DNA from: Octopus sinensis
Lineage: Eukaryota
Length of the DNA: 64,000 nucleotides
Assembly: GCF_006345805.1 (NCBI RefSeq)
Contig: NW_021833298.1
Location: 9,935 to 73,934, forward strand
Reading direction: 5' to 3'
The notes under the pieces were generated by a model that was not told the origin of the DNA, did not search any database, and saw only the letters and a list, made by a program, of their open reading frames with translations. Position numbers and translations under genes: made by a program. Position 1 is the first letter of the stretch; each line of letters begins with the position of its first letter. Shown piece after piece: positions 37,620 to 49,315 of the stretch.

Positions 37620-38450
37620 AAATAAGAGAGAACTATCAGGCTAATGGTTCTTTAAAAAATAGTACTGACCTTAAATGCAGATTCTGCAACACATTTCCTG
37701 AAACAGTCAACCATCTCGTTTCAGGATGTCCTCAGTTGACACAAAATAAATACAAAAACTGCCATGATAGGGTTAGAGTAGTATTTACATTGGATAATAT
37801 GTAAACACTACAAAATCAGCACTTGCCTGCTTACTGGTATGAACATCATCCAAAACTAGTCATTAAGGATAAAAATATCACTATCCTCTGGGATTTCACA
37901 AACAGAATGATCCATGCAAATCAACCGGACATAATTATTAAAGACAGAGAAGAAAATACTTTAGGACTAATAGATGCAAGTGTTCCCACTGATAAAAATA
38001 TATCATCATCATCATCGTTTAACGTCCGTTTTCCATGCTAGCATGGGTTGGACGGTTCAACTGGGGTCTGGAAAGCCAGAAGGCTGCACCAGGCCCAGTC
38101 TGATCTGGCAGTGTTTCCACAGCTGGATGCCCTTCCTAACGCCAACCACTCCGTGAGTGTAGAGGGTGCTTTTTACGTGCCACCGGCATAGGTGCCAGGG
38201 GAGTCTGGCATCGGTCAAGAAATTTGACGAATTAAGTAAATATAAGGAGCTGTTAATTGAAATAGAAAGGATGTGGAATCTTAAAACGAGAACTGTTCCT
38301 GTTATTGTAGGTGCCCTAGGTATAATAAAAAAAAATGGGATGTCAGAAACATCTAGATAAGATCCCAGAAGAACCATGTCTCAGAGAAATCCATAAGATT
38401 GTGTTGGCAAGTACTGCTGACATCCTTAGAAAAACCCAATCAATTTAAAT
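37620..38450 (+). mobile_element. R4/Dong-like LINE C-terminus (CCHC plus REL endonuclease), interrupted by an RTE-tail SINE at 38002-38212
   Basis: KCRFCNTFPETVNHLVSGC, ILWDF..NQPDIIIKDRE..LIDASVP, KYKELLIEIERMWNLKTRTVPVIVGALG. Confidence 0.85.
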
Positions 38451-38732
38451 GTCTGTGTTGTATTACATGAGGCTATTTCACTACTGCCCTTGCCTCTTCC
38501 CCTCCTCACGTTTTCAGTTATTCTGTAACATCTCATCTCTACTAGAAACAGAGAAACTTTCAAAAAAAACAAAGATCTAGAAAAGAGGTAACTTGAATGT
38601 GGCATCTGAAACCAGGAACAATTCCTATCATAATAGGCGCATTAGGTATGATGAAAGAACATTCAGACAAATGCATAAGACAGAGCTGTGCTGGGGAGTG
38701 AAGTGAAAGCATGTGATAAAAATAAAACTACA

Positions 38733-38779
<47 letters not shown>

Positions 38780-38929
38780 TAATAATAATAATATTAATGG
38801 TTTCAAATTTTGCCGTAAGGGCAGCCATTTTGGTGAGGGGGAAGGATCAATTTCATTGACCTCAGTGATGATAATAATAATAATAATTGTTGACACCCTT
38901 TTGTCTCGGGAGACAATGGAGTTGCGCAT

Positions 38930-39315
38930 AAACTAATCCAGTCTGGTTTTTACATTTCATGTCCTCTCCAGTTTCCTCTCCAATTTTGCGCAGGCCTGGG
39001 CTAGATGTAAGAAAATCCTGGGTAGCCCAATCGTCAGGATTCCTCTCTCGACCTTGCTGATGTAGTCCAAAGGAATGCAGAGCATTACGTTTGGCACCGG
39101 CTTGGTTGCAGGAGCTGCCGGAAGAGTGTCAAGTCAAACACTAAACCACCTATGGGGCTCCACTCCGGATTTCTTTGAAAGTTGTCTCCTTTCCGTAACC
39201 CTGGATAGGGGCCCATACTGGGTACTGTCAGCCGGAGCCAGCTGAGCCCGAGACTCGTGTCAGGCAGGATCGTAACTCCCTGAAGTAGTGGAGAAAATCG
39301 CTACCCACTACCTAT
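38930..39315 (-). mobile_element. Probable 5'UTR of a non-LTR element inserted in (TAA)n
   Basis: GC-richer block flanked by taa tracts; aaatccggagtggagcccc and ccaagccggtgccaaacgta resemble LINE 5' leaders as I recall them. Confidence 0.35.
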
Positions 39316-40372
39316 AATAATAATAACAACAATAATCATTTCTACTAAAGGCACAATGCCTCAAATTTCTAGGGAGGGGAAGTAGTCGATTACATTGACC
39401 CCCAGTGCGTAACTGGTACTTAATTTATCGACCTCCAAAAGGATGAAAGGCAAAGTTGACCTCACCGGAATTTGAACTAAGAATGTCACAATGGGTGAAA
39501 TACCGTTACGCATTTCATCCAGCATGCTAACGATTCTGCCAGCTCGCCACTTCATAATAATAGTAATAATAATAAGTCACAGGCAGTGGCTCTCATGGCT
39601 TCTGATCTTAACTGATTGGAAGTGTTATCATGTACATTGTTTTGTCTTGGTATGAAAGATGGGCTACAGCAAATATTCTGCTCAATACCAGAGATTTGCT
39701 TGTCAGTTGTTGGACCTTAACCAGTTGAGCATGTCCCTTCGTGGCTGACGATATGTGCATCTCTGATCACGAGCAGACGTAGTGGGGGAGCATTATAGCC
39801 ATGTGTTGAGAGGGATTCTTTGGGGTTTGGCTAACTCACCTTCGGAACATGGGTGTTTCATTCAACATCCTTAAACAACCCTTATTCAGGGACCTTTTGA
39901 GCAGGATGGGCTACTCGACCTGAAGAAAACTCTGAGCCTCCACCTGCAAGGGTCATGCAACGTTTATCTTGATATGAGATCACCATGTCGCGCACATGTG
40001 GTTGTGATGTATGGGCCTGGTGTACCCTTATCAGACGGGTAGTCATGATGGGTATAGTGGGCTTTCTATATTTTACCCCAGTGTCACTTTGATAGCATGC
40101 ACTGTTCTCTCACTGAAGAAGGAGGAGGAGGAGGAGGAGGAGAAGAAGAAGGAGGAGAAGGAAAAGAGGAAGAAGAAGAGGTGGAAAAGGAAGAAGAAAA
40201 TAGTGAATAAAAAAACTAATAAATGTGTCAAGTCAAGATCCTTCATGCTTCACCAAAAATGTCAAAATGAAAGCAAGAAAACCCGAAACAGAAAATTAAT
40301 CGCAGCCAAAACAGCTGACGTTCTTTTCGAAACGCACCTCTCCAACAAAATGATGCCTAATTTTTTTTTTTT

Positions 40373-41112
40373 GGCGATCTTTCGTTTGTAGTAGCACGTT
40401 TCCGTCGATGATTTCCGTAAAAAACTTTTATTTTTTTGCATATAGGCTTGCGGGAACATTTGAAGTAATGAGAGCGAAAGAGACTAAGAGGAAGCGATTT
40501 TATGACGAGGGAATTTCTTTCTGAAGTTACCGAAGCACATATACACATACACCGAGTAAAAAATTACACTGAATCGGCCATACATACATACACACACACA
40601 TACTTACACACACACACATACATTCAGACATACATATACACATACACCGAATAAAAAATTACACTGAATCGGCCATACATACATACACACACACATACAT
40701 AGATACATACACACACACACACATACATAGATACATACACATACATGCATACATACATATACATGCATACACATACATGCATACATACATATACACATAC
40801 ACCGAGTAAAAAATTTCAGTTATCTCTCTCTTTCACACATTACTCTGTCTCTTCACACACACTAACAGAAGCACTTCACTTACACAACATACTGTCTGTC
40901 TCCCACACCCCATCAAACACACACACACACACACACATGTACATCAATGCTTCGGTAACTTCAAAAAGAAATTCCCTCGTCATAAAATCGCTTCCTCTTA
41001 GTCTCTTTCGCTCTCATTACTTCAAATGTTCCCGCAAGCCTATATGTAAAAAAATAAAAGTTTTTTACGGAAATCATCGACGGAAACGTGCTACTACAAA
41101 CGAAAGATCGCC
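40373..41112. mobile_element. Non-autonomous element with ~165-bp inverted arms
   Basis: 40373-40537 is the reverse complement of 40948-41112 (ggcgatctttcg..); related sequence at 47575-47960 and in the 49.4/50.3-kb arms. Confidence 0.8.
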
Positions 41113-41676
41113 TTTTTTTTTTTTAATATGAAAATGGGAAATATATCCAAAATGAATGAAGTATGCAAAAAATTTTTTTAATATTTTAAAATATTTTATA
41201 CTAAAAACTAAAAGAAACGGAAATATACGCGAATATTAAGAAACATGGGGAGGTAACTTACTTTACCAGTCGTTAATGATACGAGGGGCGAAATAACCAC
41301 TGAGTTATGTTTTGTCATTTATTTTCTCTGTAAACTGATAACAAAACTTGCATACGACTTAAACATATTTATTTCTGTCGTTTATCAGAACATCATAAAA
41401 TGGGCGAAAGTAAAGCGAGTTCACACCACCGAACTAACCAGTTTGCGCAGTAAAAAAATCTGGTTAAAAGCAATCAAGAATTTACAAAACGATATTGTCG
41501 GTGTGTGGGGACCCTCTTGCCGCCCTTTTTCCGAACCAAAATAAGGGATTTGCTGCATATTAGGAAGTCGGGGTACCTGATCGCAAGCAAAAAATCGTTT
41601 TTTTATTTTGTCTTAGTGAAAATCGTGCGGGTATTAATATAGAAATATACCCTTACATACGCACGAACGTTTATAC

Positions 41677-41865
41677 CAGTGGGTTTCAACCAGGGTTCCG
41701 CCAGTATAGTCCAGGGGTTCCGCAAGAAGTTACAAAACTGCTAAAATCAGAAGTAATTTTTAATTCACCTGTGCATGAGACAATTAAATTATTGCACAGG
41801 GGTTCCTCGAGCCAGTGGAATGTTTCCTTGGGGTTCCGCTCCAGCAAAAAGTTTGAAAAGCACTG
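41677..41865. mobile_element. hAT-type MITE, 189 bp
   Basis: TIRs cagtgggtttcaac / gtttgaaaagcactg; perfect 8-bp TSD gtttatac (41669-41676 and 41866-41873). Confidence 0.92.
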
Positions 41866-41984
41866 GTTTATACAGACACATAAATGAAATCACGTAAATA
41901 CATATACACATACATTATATATACACACACAAAAAAACATGTACATACGTACACACACATACATACATACAAAAAATGCATGTA

Positions 41985-43261
41985 CGAGGGGCGTTCAATA
42001 AGTAATGCCCCTGACCCACTTCCCATAGCAGTAGAGCAACGAAACTTGGCACAGTCTTTTTCTACATAGGAACCACCCAGAGTTACGCATTTCTCCCATC
42101 GTTTGATGTGGCTCTGGAGACCGTTTTTGTAGAAGAACCCAGCTTGGTCCTCCAACCTCAACGTGACTTCAGAAATCAAGGCTGCATCATCTGGGAAACG
42201 CTTTCCTTTCAAAAACAACTTCATGATTGGGAAGAGGTGAAAATCAGAGGGTGCAAGGTCAGGAAAGTATGGGGAGGAGTTCATAGCCATACGCCTGTGC
42301 TTCTGATCTGGCGACAAGCGAGATGTGGACCGGAGCGTTGTCCTGCAGGAGGAGGATGCCTTTGCTGATCTTGCCCCGCCTCTTGATTTTGATAACTTCT
42401 CTTAATTTCCTCAAAAGTGAAGCATAATAGGCTCCTGCAATTGTGGTACCCTTTGCCAGGAAATCTGTCATCACTACTTTGTCCTGGTCCCAGAAGACTG
42501 TGAGCATGACCTTTCCAGCGGAGGGCTGCACCCTTGCCTTCTTTGGAGGGGGTGAGTCGCGGTGCTTCCACTGCATTGACTGGGCTTTGGTCTCTGGATC
42601 ATCGTGATGGACCCAGGTTTCATCCTGTGTAATCAGTCTTATGAAATATTTTGACTCATCTTCTTGGCACATCTTCAAATTCACCCTCGAGCACTCGACG
42701 CGTTCTTGCTTCTGGAAAGGCGTGAGCAACCTGGGAATCCAACTGGCAGACACCTTTTGCATATGCAAATGGTCATGAATGATAGTTTCCACAGACCCGG
42801 TACTAATCTTGACCTCATGGGCTATTTGGCGAATAGTTATGCGTCGATCTTCCAAAATGGCAGCCTCAACTTGACGGACAGATGCCTCATCAATGGCAGA
42901 AGGGGTCGACCAGATCTGGGAGCTGTTTCCACAGAGTTCCGACCATGTTTGAATTCACGATGCCAGCGTTTTACAAGGTCATATGATGGGGCATCATTAC
43001 CATAAGTTACTTTCATTTCATCAAAAGTCTCCCGTGGTGTGCGTCCTTTCAAATACAAAAACCGGATCACTGCTCGACACTCAACAGGCTCCATTTCACA
43101 CTTGACTTGGTTCAAACACCTGTAAATCAGAAACCACAATTAATTCAGTGCTGTAATTTGCCACTTCCTCTATAGAGATATAAATGATTGCACATGCAAA
43201 ATTTCAGCTAGATCAAACAGCTGCAAGTGGGTCAGAGGCATTACTTATTGAACGTCCCTCG
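41985..43261 (-). mobile_element. Full-length mariner transposon (1277 bp)
   Basis: 37-bp TIRs (cgagg[g/a]..ttcaataagtaatgcc..tgacccactt, 2 mismatches) and a TA TSD at both ends. Confidence 0.96.
42052..43094 (-). pseudogene. Mariner DD34D-type transposase, two frameshifts
   Basis: Three overlapping frames give MEPVECRAVIRFL..PRSGRP / WIPRLLT..ITQDETWVH..LLQDNAPVH / PYFPDLAPSDFHLF..YVEK. Confidence 0.93.
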
Positions 43262-43457
43262 TATATATTCTTTTATTTATTTCATTCATTTAACAGCGCT
43301 CATGCTGGAGCACTGCCTTTAGTCGAAGAAGTCGATCCCAGGACTTATTCTTTGTAAGCCTAGTACTTATTCTATCGTTTTCCTTTGCTGAACCGCTAAG
43401 TAACGGGGATGTAAACACACCATCAACGGTTGTGAAGCGATGGTGGTGGGGAGACAA

Positions 43458-43494
<37 letters not shown>

Positions 43495-43498
43495 CATT

Positions 43499-43960
43499 AT
43501 TTACATTTGACGGATATTTGTTCCTCATCTTGTTTCTTGTTAACATGCTTCGGCTGATATACCCTCCAACCTTCTTCAGGTGTCTTGGGGAAATTTCAAA
43601 CCTGACTTCTCATTCCTAAGGTATTTTGTTATGTTGTTGTTATTATTATTAATAAGGTCACTGCCTGAAATCGAACTCGAAATCTTGGGCTTAGTAGCCC
43701 GCGCTCTGAACCACTACGCCCGTGGCATGTGGTGTAGTGGTTCAGAGCGCGGGCTATTAACCCCAAGATTCCGGGTTCGATTCCAGGCAGTGACCATAAT
43801 AATAATAACAATAACTACAATAACAACATCGAAAAATACCTTAGGAATGAGAACACAGGTTCGAAATTCCCCAAGACACCTGAAGAAGGTTGGAGGGTAT
43901 ATCAGCCGAAACATGTTAACAACAAACAAAATGAGGGACAAATATCCGTCAAATGTAAAT
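43499..43960. mobile_element. Head-to-head inverted pair of tRNA-headed SINEs with Penelope-type hammerhead-like tails
   Basis: 43499-43720 is approximately the reverse complement of 43731-43960. Each copy has an A-box (ggygtagtgg), a B-box (gttcgatt), an (AAT/AAC) spacer and ctgaagaaggttg..cagccgaa. Confidence 0.8.
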
Positions 43961-43982
43961 ATATACATAATTCCTCAATATA

Positions 43983-46479
43983 TCTCTTATTATAAAAGGC
44001 AGATTTTATCTGCCTCCTTTGTCACTTATAGAAATCTACAATATAGGATTTCTTCAATTACAATTTACCTAGCATTTTTAAGAGTAGAATGCATCGGGTC
44101 ATGCCAGGTCCAGTTTTTAAAATTTAAACTCCAATTAAGCAAAATTTACAGAAAAGTCACATTCTAGTGTGTATGTCAAATGCTTTACTTAATGTGGTTT
44201 ACACCACACGCATACGCACACACACAGTGTGCAACGAATAAAATGAAAGTAAATAGCGACAGAGTGATTTGAGGAAGACTAAACTGAAAGTATTTAAACC
44301 ACTACTCAAAAAATAAAAAAACACAGCAAACAGAAACAAATAAATACATAACGATTTACTCCTCACACAATTTCTTCAATTAGAGTTTACCTAAGATTTT
44401 TCAAAGTACTCCATTCGGTCATGCCATAATATATTTCTTTCAATTTCACCCCCAATTAAGACAAAATTCGAGAAAACTCAATATTTTAACATTTCACTCC
44501 GAAAGCATTGATGTACATGTGTGCGTGCGTGAGTGTGTGTGTGTGAGTGTGTGTTTGATGGGTTGTGCGACACAGAAAGTGTGGTGTGTAAGTGAAGTGC
44601 TTTTGTTAGTGTGTGTAAAGAGACAGAGAGAGTGAAAGACAGAAATAACTGAACTTTTTTTATTCACTTTTTGTAGTGAGTGACTGAGAGAGAAAAGAGA
44701 GAGAGAGGTTATGTATGTATATATGTATGTATGGCTTCAGTGACACACACACAAAAAAACACATACCTACGTACACCTAAAGCACGCACACACACACACA
44801 CAAGCGGAGCGCGAACTTCAAAATTTTGGTAGTATTAATTTGCGAGCGTACTTCTAAGCGCGCGTAATTGAAAGTTTTCACTATGATATCATCACGTGCG
44901 AAAAAATTCGAAGGGTTTTGAACAATTGAGATACAGATGTCACGCCTGTATTGAAACCATTGCTAAGCTGCCGTAATTGCTTAATTAAGACTTTGTTTAA
45001 ATTGAAAGGGGCAAATATGTGACGAGGTTGAAAAAAAATACCCCAGAAAAAAATGTACTGCTGGTATTTATATAATTCACTACTATTTTGCTACAATGTC
45101 ATGAAAAAGAAAAAATTTAGGTATGTAAATCGAATTCGCCACCCCCTTTTCCCCGTTCGCGTTTGTGTAAAAAAAATTATTATTTAAGTTTTAAAAATTA
45201 TTTACTTTGTTCAAAAAATATTAATATTAATTAATTTTCAAGAATTATTTAATTTTATTCTGTAAAATAGTAATTAATTAATTTATCTGTAAATCCGCGA
45301 GGTTGTTACTCAGGCACCTAGAATGGTAACCTTCAACTAACACTATCTCCTCCGAGACCCTGCGGCGCAAGTTGACCAAAATTGAGAGTATGGTAGAAGA
45401 AGGGTTGCTCTTCCTTCCGTAGAACATAAAATTCAAATCGGACCATGTTAACACCAAAAATTATTTACATCAAAAAGATGCTTTTTTCTATGAAAATCCC
45501 TATTTTTTACGATTTTTTCACTGCTGTGTCGCCACTTTTCGGTGTATTTCGACCAGAAAAATGTTCACAAAATTTTTACTTTTCAAAATTACAATTCCAG
45601 CGGGTCGAAACAAACCCGAGCAACGCCGGGCGATACTGCTAGTCTTATTATAAAAGGCAGATTTTATCTGCCTCCCTTTGTCTCTTATAGAAATCTACAA
45701 TATAGGATTTCTTCAATTACAATTTACCTAGCGTTTTTAAGAGTAGAATGCATCGGGTCATGCCAGGTCCAGTTTTTAAAATTTCAACCCCAATTAAGCA
45801 AAATTTAGAGAAAACTCACATTGTGGTGTGTAAGTCAAATGCTTTTCTTAGTGTGGGCTATAGCACACGCACACGCACACAAACGGAGCTAACTGTTTCA
45901 CTGACGCTATCACCCTAATTTCTCCTCCTTTCTCTTTGCAAGTGTGCAACGATTAAAGTGAAAGTAATTCACTTTTTGTAGTGAGTGACTCTTTCACTCT
46001 GCATTCCCACTTCCTATTTACACACAGACACGCAAATATATAAATAAAATTGTAAGCTAACGTGTGCGTGTGTGTGTGTGTGTGAGGGTGCGTGTGTTGT
46101 GTGTGTGCGGGTGTGCGAGTGTGTGACAGGAAAGTTTTTTAGGACGAATATAAGACCTAAAGTATATCCAAGTAGCAGAAAGATCGCCCAAAGTGTATAT
46201 AGATATTTAAATGTATTTATATATTCATCTATACACAGATGTATGTATAATGTGTGTGTATATATTTCCATAGAGGTAACCTTTCACTCCATACAAAGTT
46301 TTTTAGGACGAATATAAGATCTAAAGTTATCTCTAAGTAGCACAAAGATCGCCCAAAGTGTATATAGATATTTAAATGTATTTATATATTCATCTATACA
46401 CACATGTATGTATAACGTGTGTATATATATTTCCATAGAGGTAACCATTCAACCCATACAAAGTTTTTTAGGACGAAAA
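43983..46479 (+). mobile_element. Two head-to-tail non-autonomous Helitrons (43983-45642; 45643-~46479)
   Basis: A/TC start, hairpin plus CTAG at 45639-45642 fused directly to a second tcttattataaaaggcag start; the second copy carries a ~165-bp tandem duplication and lacks its own 3' end. Confidence 0.85.
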
Positions 46480-47324
46480 TATTTATATATAAAAGAAAGG
46501 TTGTGTGTCTGTCTACTCCGATTTAGATTCCTAACTACTCCCACATTTTGCGATGCAGTTTAACCAAAACCGAGTATCTTATAGTCGTGATTCATATCGA
46601 GCCATTCTGGGTATTAGCGCGCGTCTACGATGAGTCTACGATTTTACAAATAATTTACCATCATATTTTTCCATTTTAATGCATATTTTTTTTAATAAAG
46701 AGAAGTAACTCTCAAACTTCACACCAATATGCATGCTCATATGCGACGTAATATCACATCAGCAGCATTTCCTCACACCCTCCTTGCACTTGGCGAAGGC
46801 AAAATACCAGGGGATGAAAATGGTAATATTGCCATCGATTCCATTTGTACCATTGTTAAGACGCCTTCTGATCTCAGAGATGCAGTGTTCCCAGATCTAC
46901 AAGCTAATTATCAGAATATGGATTGGATTGGCAAAAAGGCTATACTGGCCCCGCGGAATAAAACTGTTCACCATATTAATGATGAAATGCTAAAACACAT
47001 TCCTGAGGAAGTCTATGTATATCAGTCTATCGATACAACTCCTGACCCAGAGGACGTCATCAACTATCCAATAGAGGTACTCAATTCCTTTGAGCACCCC
47101 GGACTACCACCACACTTTCTCAAACTTAAAGTTGGTGCCCCTATAATGTTCATCAGAAATTTGGTTCCCCCAAAACAATGCAATGGCACACGTTTGATCG
47201 TTAAGTCCTTATCTCCCACCGTAAACTTATATCAATATTTGCCTGAATAATCATCATAATTCAGTGCAATCATTAACAGTACTTTCAAGCAATTCAGCCC
47301 CGAGCAACGCCGGGCAATTCTGCT

Positions 47325-47326
<2 letters not shown>
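46480..47326 (+). mobile_element. Internally deleted Helitron retaining a PIF1-helicase remnant (ORF 46729..47250)
   Basis: 5' end matches 30247; LLALGEG..VFPDL..AILAPRN..YPIEVLNS..PGLPPH.LKLKVGAPIM.IRNL.PPKQCNGTRL; hairpin plus CTGG/T end. Confidence 0.92.

Positions 47327-47419
<93 letters not shown>
47327..47419. repeat. (TA)n microsatellite
   Basis: Pure TA run; others at ~51560-51660, and (TAA)n at ~38735-38790. Confidence 0.98.
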
Positions 47420-47423
<4 letters not shown>

Positions 47424-47983
47424 GACGGACTTCTTTTCGTTTCCGTCTACCAAATCCACTTACATGGCTTTGGTCGGCCCGAAACGATAGTAGAAGGCAC
47501 CTGCCCAAGGTACCACGCTGTGGGACTGAACCTGGAACCATGTGGTTATGAAGGAAGCTTCTTGTATGTAAATGTATATGAAAGATAATGGGTGTACGGG
47601 CGATCTTTCGTCTCTAGTAGACCTTTCCGTCGATTTCCGTAAAAAACTTCTTTTTTTTTACATATGGGCTTGCGGGAACTTTTGAAGTAATGAGAGCGAA
47701 AGAGACTAAGAGAAAGCGATTGTATGACGAGGGAAGTTCTTTTGAAGTTACCGTGCATGGCAAGCATTGATGTACATGTGTGTGTATGTGTTTGATGGGG
47801 TGTGGGAGACAGAAAGTATGTTGTGTAAGTGAAGTGCTTCAGTTAGTGTGTGTGAAGAGACAGAGAGAGTAATGTGTGAAAGAGAGAGATAATTGAAATT
47901 TTTTACTCGGTTTTTGTAGTGCGTGCGTGTGTATGCATGTATGTGTATATGTATGTATGTGTGTGTGGTGTGTGTGTATGTAT

Positions 47984-48789
47984 TGTTATGGTTCAATTTA
48001 AGGACAGAGCCGGCGACCTACTTTTGGCAATGAATCCATTGTTCTGCCAGATGCGGGTTGACTAATTAGCTCTGGGGAAACTCCCCGACCCCTTCGGGTG
48101 AATTAGGGTTCATTTGAGGGCTGCCCCCTTAAGTAAGCAGTTCAGTTGTGAGTGTGAGAGACAGTCAGGATTTGGTATTCGAGGTAAGCGGTTGGCGGTT
48201 GGATTTAGCGGTTGGCAGTTGGATTTAGCAGTGCTAAGAGAGATGAACTACAATGTAAGACATTGGCTGATGTAACGGTACGTGAATTGTTGTATTGATA
48301 TGTGAATTGAGTAAAGGACTTGTCGATGTGTTATAAAGGCTGGAAAAGAAATGAGACAGTAAAAAGAACAATGTGAACTGTGTTGATATGTGTTACAGAA
48401 CTGTTAAAGCAATAGAGAGACTCTGTTGTAGTCTTTAATGAACATTGAACTGTATATGCCTTTAATGTCCTTTGAACTGTAACGTTAATGTGATTTGAAA
48501 CAGAACTGTTGTCTCCGGACTGTATAATGTATTGACTTGTTGTTTAATTCGACGTGTACTCTTTAAATGCTGTTGTTATTGCATTTGATGTGTTGTTACT
48601 TGCATGTATTTCCTCTTTGATGTATCTGATATGTATTTGATGTTGTAACAATTATAAAGTGTTATAAACTAGTACGTTAAATGTAAGCCAATTGCCTTCT
48701 TTGTGTCTCTCTCGATTGCCTGTGTCTCTTCTTGCGGCTGTTGTTGTAGTTGTTGTATCTCTCTCCTCTCCGAGTTTCCGTGGCGAACA
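47984..48789 (+). mobile_element. Solo LTR-like element (TGTT..AACA), 806 bp
   Basis: Terminal TG..CA; related to 34750-35651; TSD only imperfect (gtat/ttat). Confidence 0.65.
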
Positions 48790-49315
48790 TTATTTCGAGT
48801 TAAAACGAAAGATTACCTTTGCCTGTTTATGTAACGGTCTGCTATGTAGAAAATAATGAGGTTGACTCAATAGAATAATGACAGTGATCGAAGATATAGA
48901 CAAAATTGCTAAGCCCAGAAGTGTCCTTACAATCCAAAAGCAACCCAAGGGATAAATCCCTTGCTCCCAATCTCCAGCCCACAAATAGCTGGTCTAGGAG
49001 AGATAACCCACCCATCCTCACTGATGCTGGACTATTTATTTTTTGATGACCAAATGACCAATAACCGTAACAGATTTCTGTCTCCCAAAAGCAATGAGTT
49101 AAATTTGTCTTCAGACAAGTCTGATGAGTCTTCTGCAAGGCTACAGTCTACGTGGGTGCAAAACCATTGGTCACAATGACCAAACATGAGCTTTATTTCT
49201 TTAATACTTTACTGCTCTATAGGTAAGAGTGTGCTTCTTTTTACAGATATATGATACATTGACTATCTTTCAAGCGTTGGGCCTACCGGAGGCCAAGTGG
49301 CTGAGTTCCTTTCAA

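Noticed and set aside
39200-39315. HDV-like ribozyme at a putative LINE 5' end (7-bp gggctca/tgggccc pairing on minus)
   Set aside because: The P3 loop would be 3 nt and there is no P1.1/P4/J4-2; the topology does not fit
43731-43795. tRNA gene
   Set aside because: A/B boxes are present but there is no proper acceptor stem or terminator, and it is followed by a repeat body; it is a SINE head
46729-47250. Host PIF1 helicase gene
   Set aside because: Partial, intronless and bounded by Helitron termini; transposon remnant
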